Notes: generated by a model from the letters alone, not told the origin. A DNA stretch of 64,000 bases from Flavobacteriales bacterium (GCA_947487055.1 CANKVN010000002.1:820-64819); one strand, 5' to 3'. Positions 1-9,903 are shown, numbered from the stretch's first letter. Program-made: numbers and translations.

Positions 1-47
1 TTTGGGCAGGATTCACAACAAAGGCAATAACCCGGGCTTGTTCTAAT

Positions 48-374
48 TCAGCCCTTGGTTTTGTAGCCTTGCTTTTCCAAAAACAACTTTACCTTATCCT
101 TAAAATCCCCCTGAATCAGGATATCACCATCTTTGCTGGTTCCACCCACGCCACAGTGATTTTTCAATAGCTTTTCCAACTGTTTCAAATCTTCGGCTTT
201 GCCAACAAAATCCTTGATAACCACAACAGGTTTTCCATTTCGAACCTCCCTGCGAACATACAGCGTCTGCTTGGTTGCCGGCGGCGTTTCTGTATCGTCT
301 GTCTCTGCAGTATAATTAAAATCGGGATTGGTGCTGTACACAATGCCGTTTTTGTTTTTATTCTTGTTGCTCAT
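48..374 (-). CDS. translation initiation factor SUI1/YciH family protein
   Basis: ORF 48..434; start moved to the internal ATG at 374 (MSNKNKNKNGIVY...). The C-terminal part is SUI1-like (VVIKDF..GKAEDL..LEKLLKNHCGVGGTSKDGDILIQGD). It sits 7 bp downstream of the SDR stop. Confidence 0.8.
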   Translation of the reverse strand: MSNKNKNKNGIVYSTNPDFNYTAETDDTETPPATKQTLYVRREVRNGKPVVVIKDFVGKAEDLKQLEKLLKNHCGVGGTSKDGDILIQGDFKDKVKLFLEKQGYKTKG

Positions 375-381
375 CGGCAAA

Positions 382-1128
382 TTATTTGCGAAGCACCATA
401 CCTGCAGCAGGCTGTGCAGAAGGCATAATAACAATGTCGTTTATGTTTACATGCGAAGGGCGAGAAACGGCCCAAACAACCGCATCGGCGATGTCTGCGG
501 CTACCAGGTTTTCAAATCCTTCATATACCTTTTTGGCACGGGCTTCGTCACCACCAAAACGCACAATGCTGAATTCGGTTTCAACCGCACCGGGATGAAT
601 TCCTGTAACCTTGATACCGTGGGCAGCCAATTCCAGGCGCATGGACTTGGTTAATGCATCTACTGCATGCTTGCTTGCGCAGTAAACATTGCCGTTTTCA
701 TATACTTCTTTGCCGGCAATAGAACCCACATTCACAATATGTCCGGAACCACGGGCTATCATTTTTTCGGCAAACACACGGCTCACATAGAGCAGGCCCT
801 TCACGTTCGTATCAATCATGGTATCCCAATGGTCGGTATCACCTGCATAAAAATGCGACAGGCCCAAAGCCAGTCCTGCATTGTTAATGAGCACATCGGG
901 AGCATCGAGGGATTTTAGCGCTGCAGCAACCTCTTGCTTGTTGCGAACATCAAAAACCAGCGTTTTCACCCCAATTCCATGTTTGGCTGCAAGTTCTGCG
1001 GCAAGTTCATTGAGCCTGTCTGCCCTGCGGGCCGTGAGAATTAGCTGATAACCGGCAGCTGCCATCAATTCGGCGCATGCCAGGCCTATTCCGCTGGAGG
1101 CGCCAGTAATAAGTGCCGTCTTGTTCAT
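382..1128 (-). CDS. SDR-family NAD(P)-dependent oxidoreductase (YdfG-like short-chain dehydrogenase)
   Basis: N-terminal TGASSGIG Rossmann motif. Catalytic YCASK (Y-x3-K) and NAG motifs. 248 aa. Confidence 0.85.
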   Translation of the reverse strand: MNKTALITGASSGIGLACAELMAAAGYQLILTARRADRLNELAAELAAKHGIGVKTLVFDVRNKQEVAAALKSLDAPDVLINNAGLALGLSHFYAGDTDHWDTMIDTNVKGLLYVSRVFAEKMIARGSGHIVNVGSIAGKEVYENGNVYCASKHAVDALTKSMRLELAAHGIKVTGIHPGAVETEFSIVRFGGDEARAKKVYEGFENLVAADIADAVVWAVSRPSHVNINDIVIMPSAQPAAGMVLRK

Positions 1129-1862
1129 TTATTTTTTTGCGCTAGAATGATTAAATTCGGGGTAAATACAATATCCCTGCTGCTGCGTGCCGTGGCAAAC
1201 AACTGCAGTTTCAACTTAAATTTCAGGATGGTCCACATTCCCTTGCGAATAAGTTCTTTCAGGGGATTTTCAATAAACATTACAGAGGGTTTCACATCCA
1301 CAAAATCAAATCCGCAGGCCAGCATTACCTGTTTGGCGCTGCTGGCGTTCAAATAATTTTCGTGGGTGAAATCGCCGTTGGCAAAAACCGTGCTCATGGG
1401 TGCATCCAGATTGGGGGTGCGAAACATAACCATTCCTCCTGGTTTCAGCGCACGCTGAATACCCTGAAGCAATTCCAGCAATTCATCTTTGGTAAAGTGT
1501 TCAATAATATCCATTCCCAAAACAACATCGTAGGCCTGGTTTGCCGTTTTCACGTGTTCAAGGGCATCGCCCAACACCACATTGGCAACGCCCATATCTG
1601 CAGCCATGTTCACCTGCTCCTCGCTGATATCCATACCGGTTGCCTGGGTAAAACCTGCTTCCTGTAAGGCTTTCAATAAACTACCCGAACCGCAGCCCAT
1701 ATCAAAAATGGTGGCTGTTTTGCTGCATCGCAAACTGGGCATAACCTCGCGGGCAAATTGCCTTTTTTCCCGGTTAAACAAGGCCTGAGCATTCGTGAGT
1801 GACGCCCTGCCGCTCTGGGTGGTGTGGTAGTTGGCGTAGAGGGTTTTGCGGTATTGGATCAT
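1125..1862 (-). CDS. class I SAM-dependent methyltransferase
   Basis: DMGCGSG glycine-rich SAM-binding motif I. Motif post-I/II spacing is typical. 4-nt ATGA overlap with the downstream SDR gene. Confidence 0.75.
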   Translation of the reverse strand: MIQYRKTLYANYHTTQSGRASLTNAQALFNREKRQFAREVMPSLRCSKTATIFDMGCGSGSLLKALQEAGFTQATGMDISEEQVNMAADMGVANVVLGDALEHVKTANQAYDVVLGMDIIEHFTKDELLELLQGIQRALKPGGMVMFRTPNLDAPMSTVFANGDFTHENYLNASSAKQVMLACGFDFVDVKPSVMFIENPLKELIRKGMWTILKFKLKLQLFATARSSRDIVFTPNLIILAQKNK

Positions 1863-2112
1863 AAAAACAGGACAAAGTTACCAAAACCCGAGGCAATTTG
1901 TAGCGGAAACAGGAATTTGAGGTGGTTAAATGGATGAAATTGACCGTTTCACAACTGCAAAATGCCAGAAGCAACCCCATTCCTGTGGCATAGGGCACAT
2001 AAGAGGACCCTCAACGATGGGATAAACAAAAATACAAAGCACCCATAAATTGGCGCAGAGCCTCCCCGATTGTTTGGCAAGCCGGCCAGGTGGATTTTGT
2101 GTTTGGGGTTGC

Positions 2113-2484
2113 TTATGCCTTAGCAAGTTCTCCGCAAATGGCAGCGCATTCTTTACATGCTTCTGCACATTCCCGGCAGGATTCCTGATGAGCAGCGTGC
2201 TTTGAGCATTCAATAGAACAGGCATGGCAAACCTCTGCGCACAAAGCATGCAGGGCTTTACCAAACCGGGATCCCCTGGCTTCGAACCGTGCGCACAAGG
2301 CGCAAACGTCGGCACAGTCGCGGCACAACAAAATACACTCTTTGTGACCCGATGCAACACAATTTGTGATGCAACGTTCGCAGGTGACCACACAGGCCAA
2401 ACAGGCGTCTATACAGCTTTTTGAAATTTCCACGGCTTGATTAATGTTTATGAATTGATTATTCAAAAATGCAACATCATCCAT
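2113..2484 (-). CDS. cysteine-rich four-helix-bundle copper-binding protein (Csp3-like, DUF326), cytosolic
   Basis: 123 aa with 20 Cys in repeated CxxxC/CxxC spacings (CIDACLACVVTCERCITNC...CAEVCHACSIECSKH...CRECAEACKECAAIC). No signal peptide. Confidence 0.7.
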   Translation of the reverse strand: MDDVAFLNNQFININQAVEISKSCIDACLACVVTCERCITNCVASGHKECILLCRDCADVCALCARFEARGSRFGKALHALCAEVCHACSIECSKHAAHQESCRECAEACKECAAICGELAKA

Positions 2485-2660
2485 CCCGCAACCCTGCCAG
2501 CCATCATACCGGGCATTGATTGTGGTTATATGGCGGGCATATTAGCAATTAGCCGTATGTTCCAGTAATAAATGCATCCATTGTACTAAAATTCAAGCCA
2601 TAAGAGAAATTGGATATGGCATCTTCATAACCATCGCAACAGATTTCAGATACCTGTTAA

Positions 2661-2697
2661 ATAAAAAAGCGAACAACTGGTTGTTCGCTTTTTTATC
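2661..2697. terminator. bidirectional rho-independent terminator (8-bp GC-containing stem gcgaacaa/ttgttcgc, 4-nt loop, flanked by A6 and T6)
   Basis: Perfect hairpin at 2669-2688 flanked by A-run 2663-2668 and T-run 2689-2694. It lies directly downstream of the minus-strand WG-repeat gene. Confidence 0.7.
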
Positions 2698-2713
2698 AAT
2701 TAATTATACCGTT

Positions 2714-3496
2714 TTATTTCTTTTGTCCTGTTCCGGTAAAACCGACCTGAACACCGTCTTTATATAACATTACTCCATTGTCATTCAACCCTGAAGTTCT
2801 GGTATAAATTGGCTGGACCAAAATCTTACCGGTTGAGCTGATTAACCCGTAACGGTTATCTTTCTTACGAAATTCGGCAACACAGGATTTGTTAAAATAT
2901 CCTATTGTAACTATTCCGGAAGAATCCGGAGCATAAACAATTGCTCCTGTTTTTCCCATTAATCCTTTCTGATATCCACCTTTACTGACAACGGATACCC
3001 CGCACTTAAAATCAGACATTGCATAATCATTATAAGGGATAACGAAATTCCCTTTTAAATCAATTGCACCGCATTTTGAACCGTTGGATAAAACCATAAG
3101 CCCTTCAGAGATTGTGGGAACATAGTTCAACTCGGGTTGAATCATAACTTTTCCACTTTTATCTAAAATACCATATCTGCTGTTATTTAATTTGTATGCG
3201 AAACCAAAGAACCCTTGACCCAGATTCTGCAGATAATCATAGGCGGTATCATTGATATATGCTCCTTGAAGATTTATTGCTTTCATCTTTTTCTTTGCAT
3301 TAGGAGTAGCAGCCTGCTCACTAACAACGGCAAACCCGTCTTTAAAATCCTCTGCATAACCAAATTTTGGCTTGATAAGTACAGCGTTTGTTTTTTTGTC
3401 TTTGTATCCCCACAAAGCACCTTCACGGAATTTTGTTTGCGAAAACGCACTGGACAAACAAGAAATTGTCATTAAAACCAATAGACATTTTTTCAT
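2714..3496 (-). CDS. WG-repeat (KWG) containing secreted protein
   Basis: Signal peptide MKKCLLVLMTISCLSSAFSQ. Repeated WGYKDKKTNAVLIKP / RYGILDKSGKVMIQP / KCGAIDLKGNFVIPY / RYGLISSTGKILVQP modules. Confidence 0.75.
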   Translation of the reverse strand: MKKCLLVLMTISCLSSAFSQTKFREGALWGYKDKKTNAVLIKPKFGYAEDFKDGFAVVSEQAATPNAKKKMKAINLQGAYINDTAYDYLQNLGQGFFGFAYKLNNSRYGILDKSGKVMIQPELNYVPTISEGLMVLSNGSKCGAIDLKGNFVIPYNDYAMSDFKCGVSVVSKGGYQKGLMGKTGAIVYAPDSSGIVTIGYFNKSCVAEFRKKDNRYGLISSTGKILVQPIYTRTSGLNDNGVMLYKDGVQVGFTGTGQKK

Positions 3497-3810
3497 ATAT
3501 TTATTTTATTATTTTAGCAAAGATAAATATTTGAATGGATTTTTTTAAGGAAATTATTATGTATTTCCAATCATTAAATATAATAGACATAAGACTAATT
3601 TTTATAAATAATATATAGCATCATATTTCATGAAATTCAGTTCGTCAATACAACTATATCCTTTAAACCACTAACATTGAAAAAAATAAAATTATAACTC
3701 CGCCAGGAATCACCCTAAAACTAAGGGAATACACAACCAATGGGATTAGCTGAAAACCGCTATCCCAATTTATTGTAGAACCATGTGCCTCATTGCTGCA
3801 CCGGACAAGA

Positions 3811-4242
3811 TTATTCTCCTTCTATTTTGGACACCCTGTTTTGGTGTCTTCCGCCCTCAAATTCGGCGTTTAGCCAGGCATCCACAATTCTAAAGGCCTT
3901 TTGTTTGCTCACAAATCGTGCAGGCACACAAAGAATATTGGCGTTGTTGTGCTGCCTTGCCAGGGATGCAATCTCTTCCTCCCAGGCCAAGGCCGCGCGA
4001 ATCCCTTTGTGCTTATTGGCCGTGATGCAAACACCATTGCCGCTTCCACAAATCAAAATGCCCAGATCGTTATCGCCATCGGCCACACTTTCCGCTACTT
4101 TGTGCGCAAAATCAGGATAATCCACGCTATCGGCAGAATCAGGACCAAAATCTTGCAATTCTATCCCCTTTTCCAACAGATAAACCAGCATTTCATTTTT
4201 GAGTTTAAACCCAGCGTGATCGGAACCAATGGCAACATTCAT
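3811..4242 (-). CDS. rpiB: ribose-5-phosphate isomerase B
   Basis: MNVAIGSDHAGFKLK...ICGSGNGVCITANK motif set of RpiB/LacAB. 143 aa. Confidence 0.9.
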   Translation of the reverse strand: MNVAIGSDHAGFKLKNEMLVYLLEKGIELQDFGPDSADSVDYPDFAHKVAESVADGDNDLGILICGSGNGVCITANKHKGIRAALAWEEEIASLARQHNNANILCVPARFVSKQKAFRIVDAWLNAEFEGGRHQNRVSKIEGE

Positions 4243-4324
4243 GTTTAAATATTTATTAGGCTCAAAATTAATCAGCCTGCCCCTGATTTTATTCGTTTGA
4301 TGATGCTTTGTGGAAAAATGAAGC

Positions 4325-5164
4325 TTATTGCTCCGCTTCAGCCCTGCGCTTTTCTACCCTTTTGGCAATAAATATCCCAATCACATACAACAGCATAAGC
4401 GGCAAACCCAGCAACAGCTGGCTAAAAATATCGGGAGACGGGGTGGCTATGCCGGCAATAATAAAGATGATAACGGCTGCATAGCGCCAGTATTTGATGA
4501 GAAATGCTGCACTCACAAACCCAATGCGGGCAAGTACGTAAATCAATACAGGAAGCTCAAACACCAGACCTGTGGCCAAACACATGAACGATACAAATCC
4601 TGTGACACTGGAAATGGTGATGATATTTTTAATTTGGGGATTGAGGCTGTAGCCAAGCAAAAAATTGCTGGCCAGCGGCACCAAAAAGAAATAGGCAAAT
4701 GCCACTCCGGTAAAAAACAACAAAGACACTACAAACAGGCTGCTCCGCGTTTTCCTGATTTCTTTGATACTGAGTGCAGGCTTGATAAACTGCCATATTT
4801 GGTGAATCAGGTAAGGGAAAGAAACCACAAAACTCACCACCATGGATATTTTGAACGCGGACACAAATTGCCCTTGAATTTGCTGGCTTTGCATTTCCAG
4901 TTGCGGTGGTGTCCAGCACATGATGTCTTTGCCCGTAAAATAGCGTCCTGCTTTGCAAAAGAATTCATATCCCCAAAAGCCTTCTTTAAATGGAGAAAGG
5001 ATGATAAAATCAAAAATCTCGGAAACGTAGAAAAAGGAAACGACGATCAATACCAGAAGTACAAAGGCCAGCCGCATGAGGCGCTTGCGCAGCTCATCGA
5101 TGTGGTCGAAAAAACCCATGTTTTTTTCGTAAGGAAAATCCGGGCCGGTTTGATCTAATGCCAT
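4325..5164 (-). CDS. tatC: twin-arginine translocase subunit TatC
   Basis: Six predicted TM segments. HIDELRKRL N-terminal motif and TatC-like topology. 279 aa. Confidence 0.85.
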   Translation of the reverse strand: MALDQTGPDFPYEKNMGFFDHIDELRKRLMRLAFVLLVLIVVSFFYVSEIFDFIILSPFKEGFWGYEFFCKAGRYFTGKDIMCWTPPQLEMQSQQIQGQFVSAFKISMVVSFVVSFPYLIHQIWQFIKPALSIKEIRKTRSSLFVVSLLFFTGVAFAYFFLVPLASNFLLGYSLNPQIKNIITISSVTGFVSFMCLATGLVFELPVLIYVLARIGFVSAAFLIKYWRYAAVIIFIIAGIATPSPDIFSQLLLGLPLMLLYVIGIFIAKRVEKRRAEAEQ

Positions 5165-5243
5165 GAAGCAGCAAAGATAATTTGTGCATGGGTTGTTGGA
5201 CCCATACCGCCTGAAAAACTGTTATTTTTTATGTCTAGCAAGC

Positions 5244-5987
5244 TCACATCACCATGCCACCGCAAACATTGATGGTTTGACCGGTAATGTAAGTGCTTAA
5301 ATCAGAAGCCAGGAACAAACAGGCATTGGCCACGTCATCGGGGGTGCCACCACGTTTCAAAGGAATGGTATCAATCCAGGATTTTTTCACATCCTCGTTC
5401 AACGACTCGGTCATTTCAGTTTCTATAAAGCCCGGTGCTATGGCGTTGCAACGTACATTTCGGCTACCCAGTTCCTTAGCCACCGATTTGGTAAACCCAA
5501 TCATACCTGCTTTGGAAGCCGCGTAGTTGGCCTGACCTGCATTGCCCGTAATTCCCACAATGCTGGTCATGTTGATGATGCTACCAGCCCTATTTCCCAG
5601 AAAATGCTTGAGAAATGCTTTGGTGAGGTTGAATGCACTTTTGAGGTTGGTATTCAACACATCGTCCCACTGTTCTTCGGTCATGCGCAGCAAAAGCGTA
5701 TCGCGGGTGATACCGGCATTGTTGATGAGCACATCTACTTTCCCAAAATCGGCAATCACCGCATTGGCCAATGCTTCGCTGGCTTTAAAATCAGCGGCAT
5801 TGCTTTGGTAGCCCTTAACTTTCACACCATAGGCAGCAGACAGTTCCTGTTCGAAAGCCATGGCCTTTTCTACAGAAGAGGCAAAGGTGAAAGCAATGTT
5901 GCAACCATGTTTGGCAAACACTTCGGCAATTCCCTTTCCTATTCCGCGGGAAGCGCCAGTTATTAAAGCAGTTTTTCCAGTAAGCAT
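5244..5987 (-). CDS. fabG: 3-oxoacyl-[acyl-carrier-protein] reductase
   Basis: TGASRGIGKGIA, NNAGITRD and YAASKAG motifs. 247 aa. Near full-length FabG pattern. Confidence 0.9.
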   Translation of the reverse strand: MLTGKTALITGASRGIGKGIAEVFAKHGCNIAFTFASSVEKAMAFEQELSAAYGVKVKGYQSNAADFKASEALANAVIADFGKVDVLINNAGITRDTLLLRMTEEQWDDVLNTNLKSAFNLTKAFLKHFLGNRAGSIINMTSIVGITGNAGQANYAASKAGMIGFTKSVAKELGSRNVRCNAIAPGFIETEMTESLNEDVKKSWIDTIPLKRGGTPDDVANACLFLASDLSTYITGQTINVCGGMVM

Positions 5988-6158
5988 GGGGCGAAGATAA
6001 CAAAAAAATACAGGGTGTTGAGAATCTGCATTTGAGACCGGGGATTAAGCTTCCTCAATTTACCACCTAACTAATATAATGAATTTTTCCCACATTTCCA
6101 AATTCATTGGGATAAATCGGTGTGCAGGATGATTGTTGTTTGGTGTAAATTCGCAAAC

Positions 6159-8252
6159 ATGGCCGGCTACCTTGATACTCCCATCGAATACCTTAAAGGT
6201 GTCGGGCCTCAGCGTGCCGAAGCGCTAAAAAAGGAACTGGACATTCACAGTGTTGGCGACCTGCTCATGCATTATCCTGCAAGGCACGAAGACCGCTCAA
6301 AAGTATACACCATCGCCTCATTGGGCAATGCTGAAGCCAGCGTACAGGTCAGGGGCAGAATTATCAGCACAGATTTGCTGGGAATGGGCGCTGGCCGGAG
6401 GTTTACTGCCATCCTGCAGGACGAAACAGGCATGCTGGAACTGATCTGGTTTCAGGGCATTCCCTGGGTTTCGAAATCGGTGAAACCCGGCGACCAATAC
6501 ATGGCCTATGGCAGGATTTCCGATTTTAAAGGAAAACTTTCCATGGCCCATCCGGAGCTGGAAAGTGGCAACACCGGAACCCAGGGCAAAGGACTGGTGC
6601 CTGTGTATCCACTCACCGACGGCATGCGAAGACGCCGGCTGGACAACCGGTTCATGGTGCAAATTACCCGCATGGCACTTGCCGACAGCAAATTGGAAAT
6701 TCCGGAAAACCTGCCTGAAAACCTGCTGCGGGAGCTGCGGCTCATATCCAGAACCCAGGCCATCAAACAATTGCACGCCCCTGCCGATTTGGGCATGCTG
6801 GAAGCGGCCCAAAACAGGTTGAAATTTGAAGAATTGTTTTACCTGCAAATGCGACACCTGCAGGTAAAATCGCACCGAAACCAAACCGTGAGAGGGCCGG
6901 TATTTACCGAAGTCGGGCACTTGTTCAATACCTTTTACAAAGAGCACCTCCCCTTTACCCTTACCGATGCACAAAAAACGGTATTGAAGGAAATCCGGGC
7001 CGATATGAAAACCGGCAAACAAATGAACCGCCTGCTGCAAGGCGACGTGGGCAGTGGCAAAACCATGGTAGCCCTGCTGAGCATGTTGCTCGCGGCCGAC
7101 AACGGATTTCAGGCTTGTGTGATGGCTCCCACCGAAATATTGGCCGCTCAGCACTTTTACAGCATCAGCGAAATGCTTGAAGGCATGCACCTGAAACCCG
7201 TTTTGCTCACCGGCAGCACCCCAAAAAAAGCGCGTACAGGCATCCTTGAAGGCATCAAAAATGGCGATGTTCCTTTTCTTATTGGCACACACGCATTGAT
7301 AGAAGAATCGGTGGCATTCAAAAACCTTGGACTGGTGGTGATAGACGAACAACACCGCTTTGGTGTGGCACAGCGCGCCAAATTGAGCATGAAAGCCCAG
7401 CTTCCTCCGCATGTGCTGGTGATGACCGCCACACCCATCCCCAGAACCCTTGCCATGACCGTATACGGCGATTTGGACGTGAGCGTAATTGACCAGTTGC
7501 CCGGCGGTCGAAAACCCATTCAAACCGTTCTCAGGCCGGGCAGCAACCGCCCGTTGATCATGGATTTTATCCGGAAGGAAATAAAAGCCGGAAGGCAAGT
7601 ATACTATGTATTTCCATTGATTGAAGACAGCGAAAAACTGGATTTAAAAAGCCTGATGTCGGGATACGACATGGTAAATGACTATTTACCCGCACCGGAA
7701 TTCAGATACAGCATGGTTCACGGCAAATTGAAACCGGAGGAGAAAGATGATGAAATGCGGAAATTCCGCAACGGACAAACCGACATCATGGTGGCTACAA
7801 CCGTGATAGAAGTTGGTGTGAACGTGCCCAATGCTACCGTTATGGTGATTGAGAATGCAGAACGTTTCGGACTGGCCCAGCTGCACCAGCTGCGTGGCCG
7901 TGTTGGCCGAGGCGGCAACCAAAGTTATTGTATCCTGGTAGCGGGAAATAAATTGTCGGCTACTGCCAAAAAACGCATGGATACGATGGTTCGCACCACT
8001 GATGGCTTCGAAATAAGCAAGGTAGACCTGGAATTGCGCGGCCCCGGAGAGCTTGATGGAACCCGGCAAAGCGGCATTTTGGATTTAAAGCTGGCGGATA
8101 TACGCCACGATGAAGCATGGCTCTTACTGGCCAGGGCGAAAGCCGAAGACCTGCTCAATGCGGATCCTTTGCTGATGAAAGCGGAACATTTTGGTGTTAG
8201 GCAGGAATTGGGACGCATTCCACACCGAACTGTTTGGAGTAAAATCGGGTAA
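6159..8252 (+). CDS. recG: ATP-dependent DNA helicase RecG
   Basis: Wedge domain, then GDVGSGKT Walker A, DEQHRFGV and helicase C motifs. Start set to the ATG at 6159 (MAGYLDTPIEYLKGVGP); the ORF track opens at an upstream GTG at 6120. Confidence 0.9.
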   Translation: MAGYLDTPIEYLKGVGPQRAEALKKELDIHSVGDLLMHYPARHEDRSKVYTIASLGNAEASVQVRGRIISTDLLGMGAGRRFTAILQDETGMLELIWFQGIPWVSKSVKPGDQYMAYGRISDFKGKLSMAHPELESGNTGTQGKGLVPVYPLTDGMRRRRLDNRFMVQITRMALADSKLEIPENLPENLLRELRLISRTQAIKQLHAPADLGMLEAAQNRLKFEELFYLQMRHLQVKSHRNQTVRGPVFTEVGHLFNTFYKEHLPFTLTDAQKTVLKEIRADMKTGKQMNRLLQGDVGSGKTMVALLSMLLAADNGFQACVMAPTEILAAQHFYSISEMLEGMHLKPVLLTGSTPKKARTGILEGIKNGDVPFLIGTHALIEESVAFKNLGLVVIDEQHRFGVAQRAKLSMKAQLPPHVLVMTATPIPRTLAMTVYGDLDVSVIDQLPGGRKPIQTVLRPGSNRPLIMDFIRKEIKAGRQVYYVFPLIEDSEKLDLKSLMSGYDMVNDYLPAPEFRYSMVHGKLKPEEKDDEMRKFRNGQTDIMVATTVIEVGVNVPNATVMVIENAERFGLAQLHQLRGRVGRGGNQSYCILVAGNKLSATAKKRMDTMVRTTDGFEISKVDLELRGPGELDGTRQSGILDLKLADIRHDEAWLLLARAKAEDLLNADPLLMKAEHFGVRQELGRIPHRTVWSKIG

Positions 8253-8330
8253 GCTATTTTTTGTTAAACCCTGAACTGATATGCGCAGTGGTATTCATTC
8301 CCAATTTATCACTAATTTTACCGCTTCAAA

Positions 8331-9071
8331 ATGAACAAGCTGTTTTTTGAGCTCGGCCGTTACATCCTGTTTGTTCGCAGCATGTTCTTCAAACCGGAGC
8401 GTTTTAAGGTATTTTTCGAACGCACCATCCACGAAATGAACAATATTGGTGTGGGATCCTTTGGCATTGTCACCATTATTTCCGTGTTTGTTGGCGCTGT
8501 AACCACCTTGCAAACTGCCTACCAGCTGGTTTCGCCGCTGATACCCAAGAAGGTTATCGGTACCATCGTGTCCGACAGTTCGTTACTGGAATTTGCCCCT
8601 ACCATCACCTGCCTTGTACTGGCCGGAAAGGTTGGCGCCAATATTGCCTCAGAAGTAGGCAACATGCGGGTAACCGAACAAATAGATGCGCTGGAAGTGA
8701 TGGGAATCAACAGCAGCGGATTTTTGGGACTTCCAAAAATCATTGCCGGTGTAATCATGATTCCTTGCCTCATCATTGTGGCCAATTTCCTCATGATTAG
8801 CGGTGGTATCCTGGCTGCGCGCATGACCGACTTAATGCCTCCCAATGAATTTATTCAAGGGGCACGCGAAACCTTCAAGCTGTTTACGGTTTCTGTCTCC
8901 ATGACCAAAGCACTGGTGTTTGCTTTTATCATCACCAGCATGAGTACTTACGAAGGCTATTTCACCGAAGGTGGCGCCTTGGAAGTGGGAGAAGCCGGAA
9001 CCCGCGCCGTTACTCGTTCCTGCGTGCTCATTTTGTTTGCCGATTTCATCATAGCCAAATTAATGCTCTAA
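8331..9071 (+). CDS. MlaE-family ABC transporter permease
   Basis: 246-aa polytopic membrane protein with an MlaE/DUF140-like conserved core (EQIDALEVMGI). Confidence 0.8.
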   Translation: MNKLFFELGRYILFVRSMFFKPERFKVFFERTIHEMNNIGVGSFGIVTIISVFVGAVTTLQTAYQLVSPLIPKKVIGTIVSDSSLLEFAPTITCLVLAGKVGANIASEVGNMRVTEQIDALEVMGINSSGFLGLPKIIAGVIMIPCLIIVANFLMISGGILAARMTDLMPPNEFIQGARETFKLFTVSVSMTKALVFAFIITSMSTYEGYFTEGGALEVGEAGTRAVTRSCVLILFADFIIAKLML

Positions 9072-9074
9072 TCC

Positions 9075-9809
9075 ATGATTGAACTGGTAAACCTAAACAA
9101 ACGTTTTGCCGATAAGCAGGTGCTGTTTGATATCAATGCAAAATTTGAACCCGGAATTCCCAACCTCATCATTGGAGCAAGTGGAGGTGGTAAATCTGTG
9201 TTGCTGAAATGCATGGTGGGATTGCTTAAGCCGGAAAGCGGAAGTATCAATTACGATGGACGGGATTTTGTGCACCTTCCCTACGATCAGGTGAGGGAAG
9301 TACGCCGTGAAATCGGGATGCTCTTTCAGGGTACAGCCCTGTTCGATTCGCTTACCGTAGCAGAAAATGTGGATTTCCCCTTGAAAATGTTTGGCAGCAT
9401 GAGCATGGAAGAGCGCAAAGACCGAATCAACTTCTGCCTTAGCCGGGTTGGGCTGGAAAACGTAAACAGCAAATTCCCCGCAGAAATATCCGGTGGCATG
9501 AAAAAACGTGTGGGCATTGCCCGTGCCATTGCCCTGGAAACCAAATACCTGTTTTGTGACGAACCAAACAGCGGACTGGATCCCATCACCAGCAGGCGAA
9601 TTGATGAACTGCTGCGCGACATTACCGAAGAATTCAACATCACAACGGTTATCAACAGCCACGACATGAAAACGGTGTATGACATTGGGGAATCCATTAC
9701 CTTCATTTATCAGGGAAGAATTTGGTGGCAGGGACATCGCGCCCATATTGATGAAACGAGAAAACACAACCCGGAACTGGACGCATTTATTTCGGCCAGC
9801 CAGTTTTAG
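9075..9809 (+). CDS. ABC transporter ATP-binding protein (MlaF-like)
   Basis: GASGGGKS Walker A, LSGGMKKRVGIARA signature and FCDEP Walker B. 244 aa. 3 bp after the permease gene. Confidence 0.85.
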   Translation: MIELVNLNKRFADKQVLFDINAKFEPGIPNLIIGASGGGKSVLLKCMVGLLKPESGSINYDGRDFVHLPYDQVREVRREIGMLFQGTALFDSLTVAENVDFPLKMFGSMSMEERKDRINFCLSRVGLENVNSKFPAEISGGMKKRVGIARAIALETKYLFCDEPNSGLDPITSRRIDELLRDITEEFNITTVINSHDMKTVYDIGESITFIYQGRIWWQGHRAHIDETRKHNPELDAFISASQF

Positions 9810-9810
9810 G

Positions 9811-9903
9811 CTATTTATCCATCAGGTTTTTATAAAGCTTCACCATGCCGTAAATAACGGCTAAGATGATGAGGGCTCCGATAATCAGGGGTAAGTTTTT
9901 CAT
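9811..9903 (-). CDS. possible 30-aa hydrophobic small protein (MKNLPLIIGALIILAVIYGMVKLYKNLMDK)
   Basis: The ATG at 9903 immediately follows the stop of the upstream substrate-binding protein gene on the same strand, and there is a single TM-like helix. No other support. Confidence 0.25.
   Translation of the reverse strand: MKNLPLIIGALIILAVIYGMVKLYKNLMDK

Noticed and set aside
1863-2112. 250-bp gap scanned for small RNA / SRP RNA / tRNA
   Set aside because: No tRNA-like T-arm (GTTCNANTC), no SRP domain IV motif and no convincing terminator hairpin. Most likely just the promoter/UTR region for the methyltransferase and the 3' UTR of the Csp gene.
3829-3848. Hairpin gacacc-N7-ggtgtc near the rpiB 3' end considered as a terminator
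   Set aside because: It lies inside the rpiB coding sequence (the last 13 codons) and lacks a following U-tract on the minus strand.
4328-5158. 276-aa plus-strand ORF fully overlapping tatC
   Set aside because: It is antisense to a well-supported membrane protein gene. Its composition (K/Q/H/R-rich, mirroring the codons of hydrophobic residues) is typical of shadow ORFs.
6318-7598. 426-aa minus-strand ORF inside recG
   Set aside because: It is antisense to recG, with no recognisable motifs and low-complexity G/H/F-rich composition. A shadow ORF.
9093-9767. 224-aa minus-strand ORF inside the ABC ATPase gene
   Set aside because: Antisense to a gene with a complete Walker A / signature / Walker B set.
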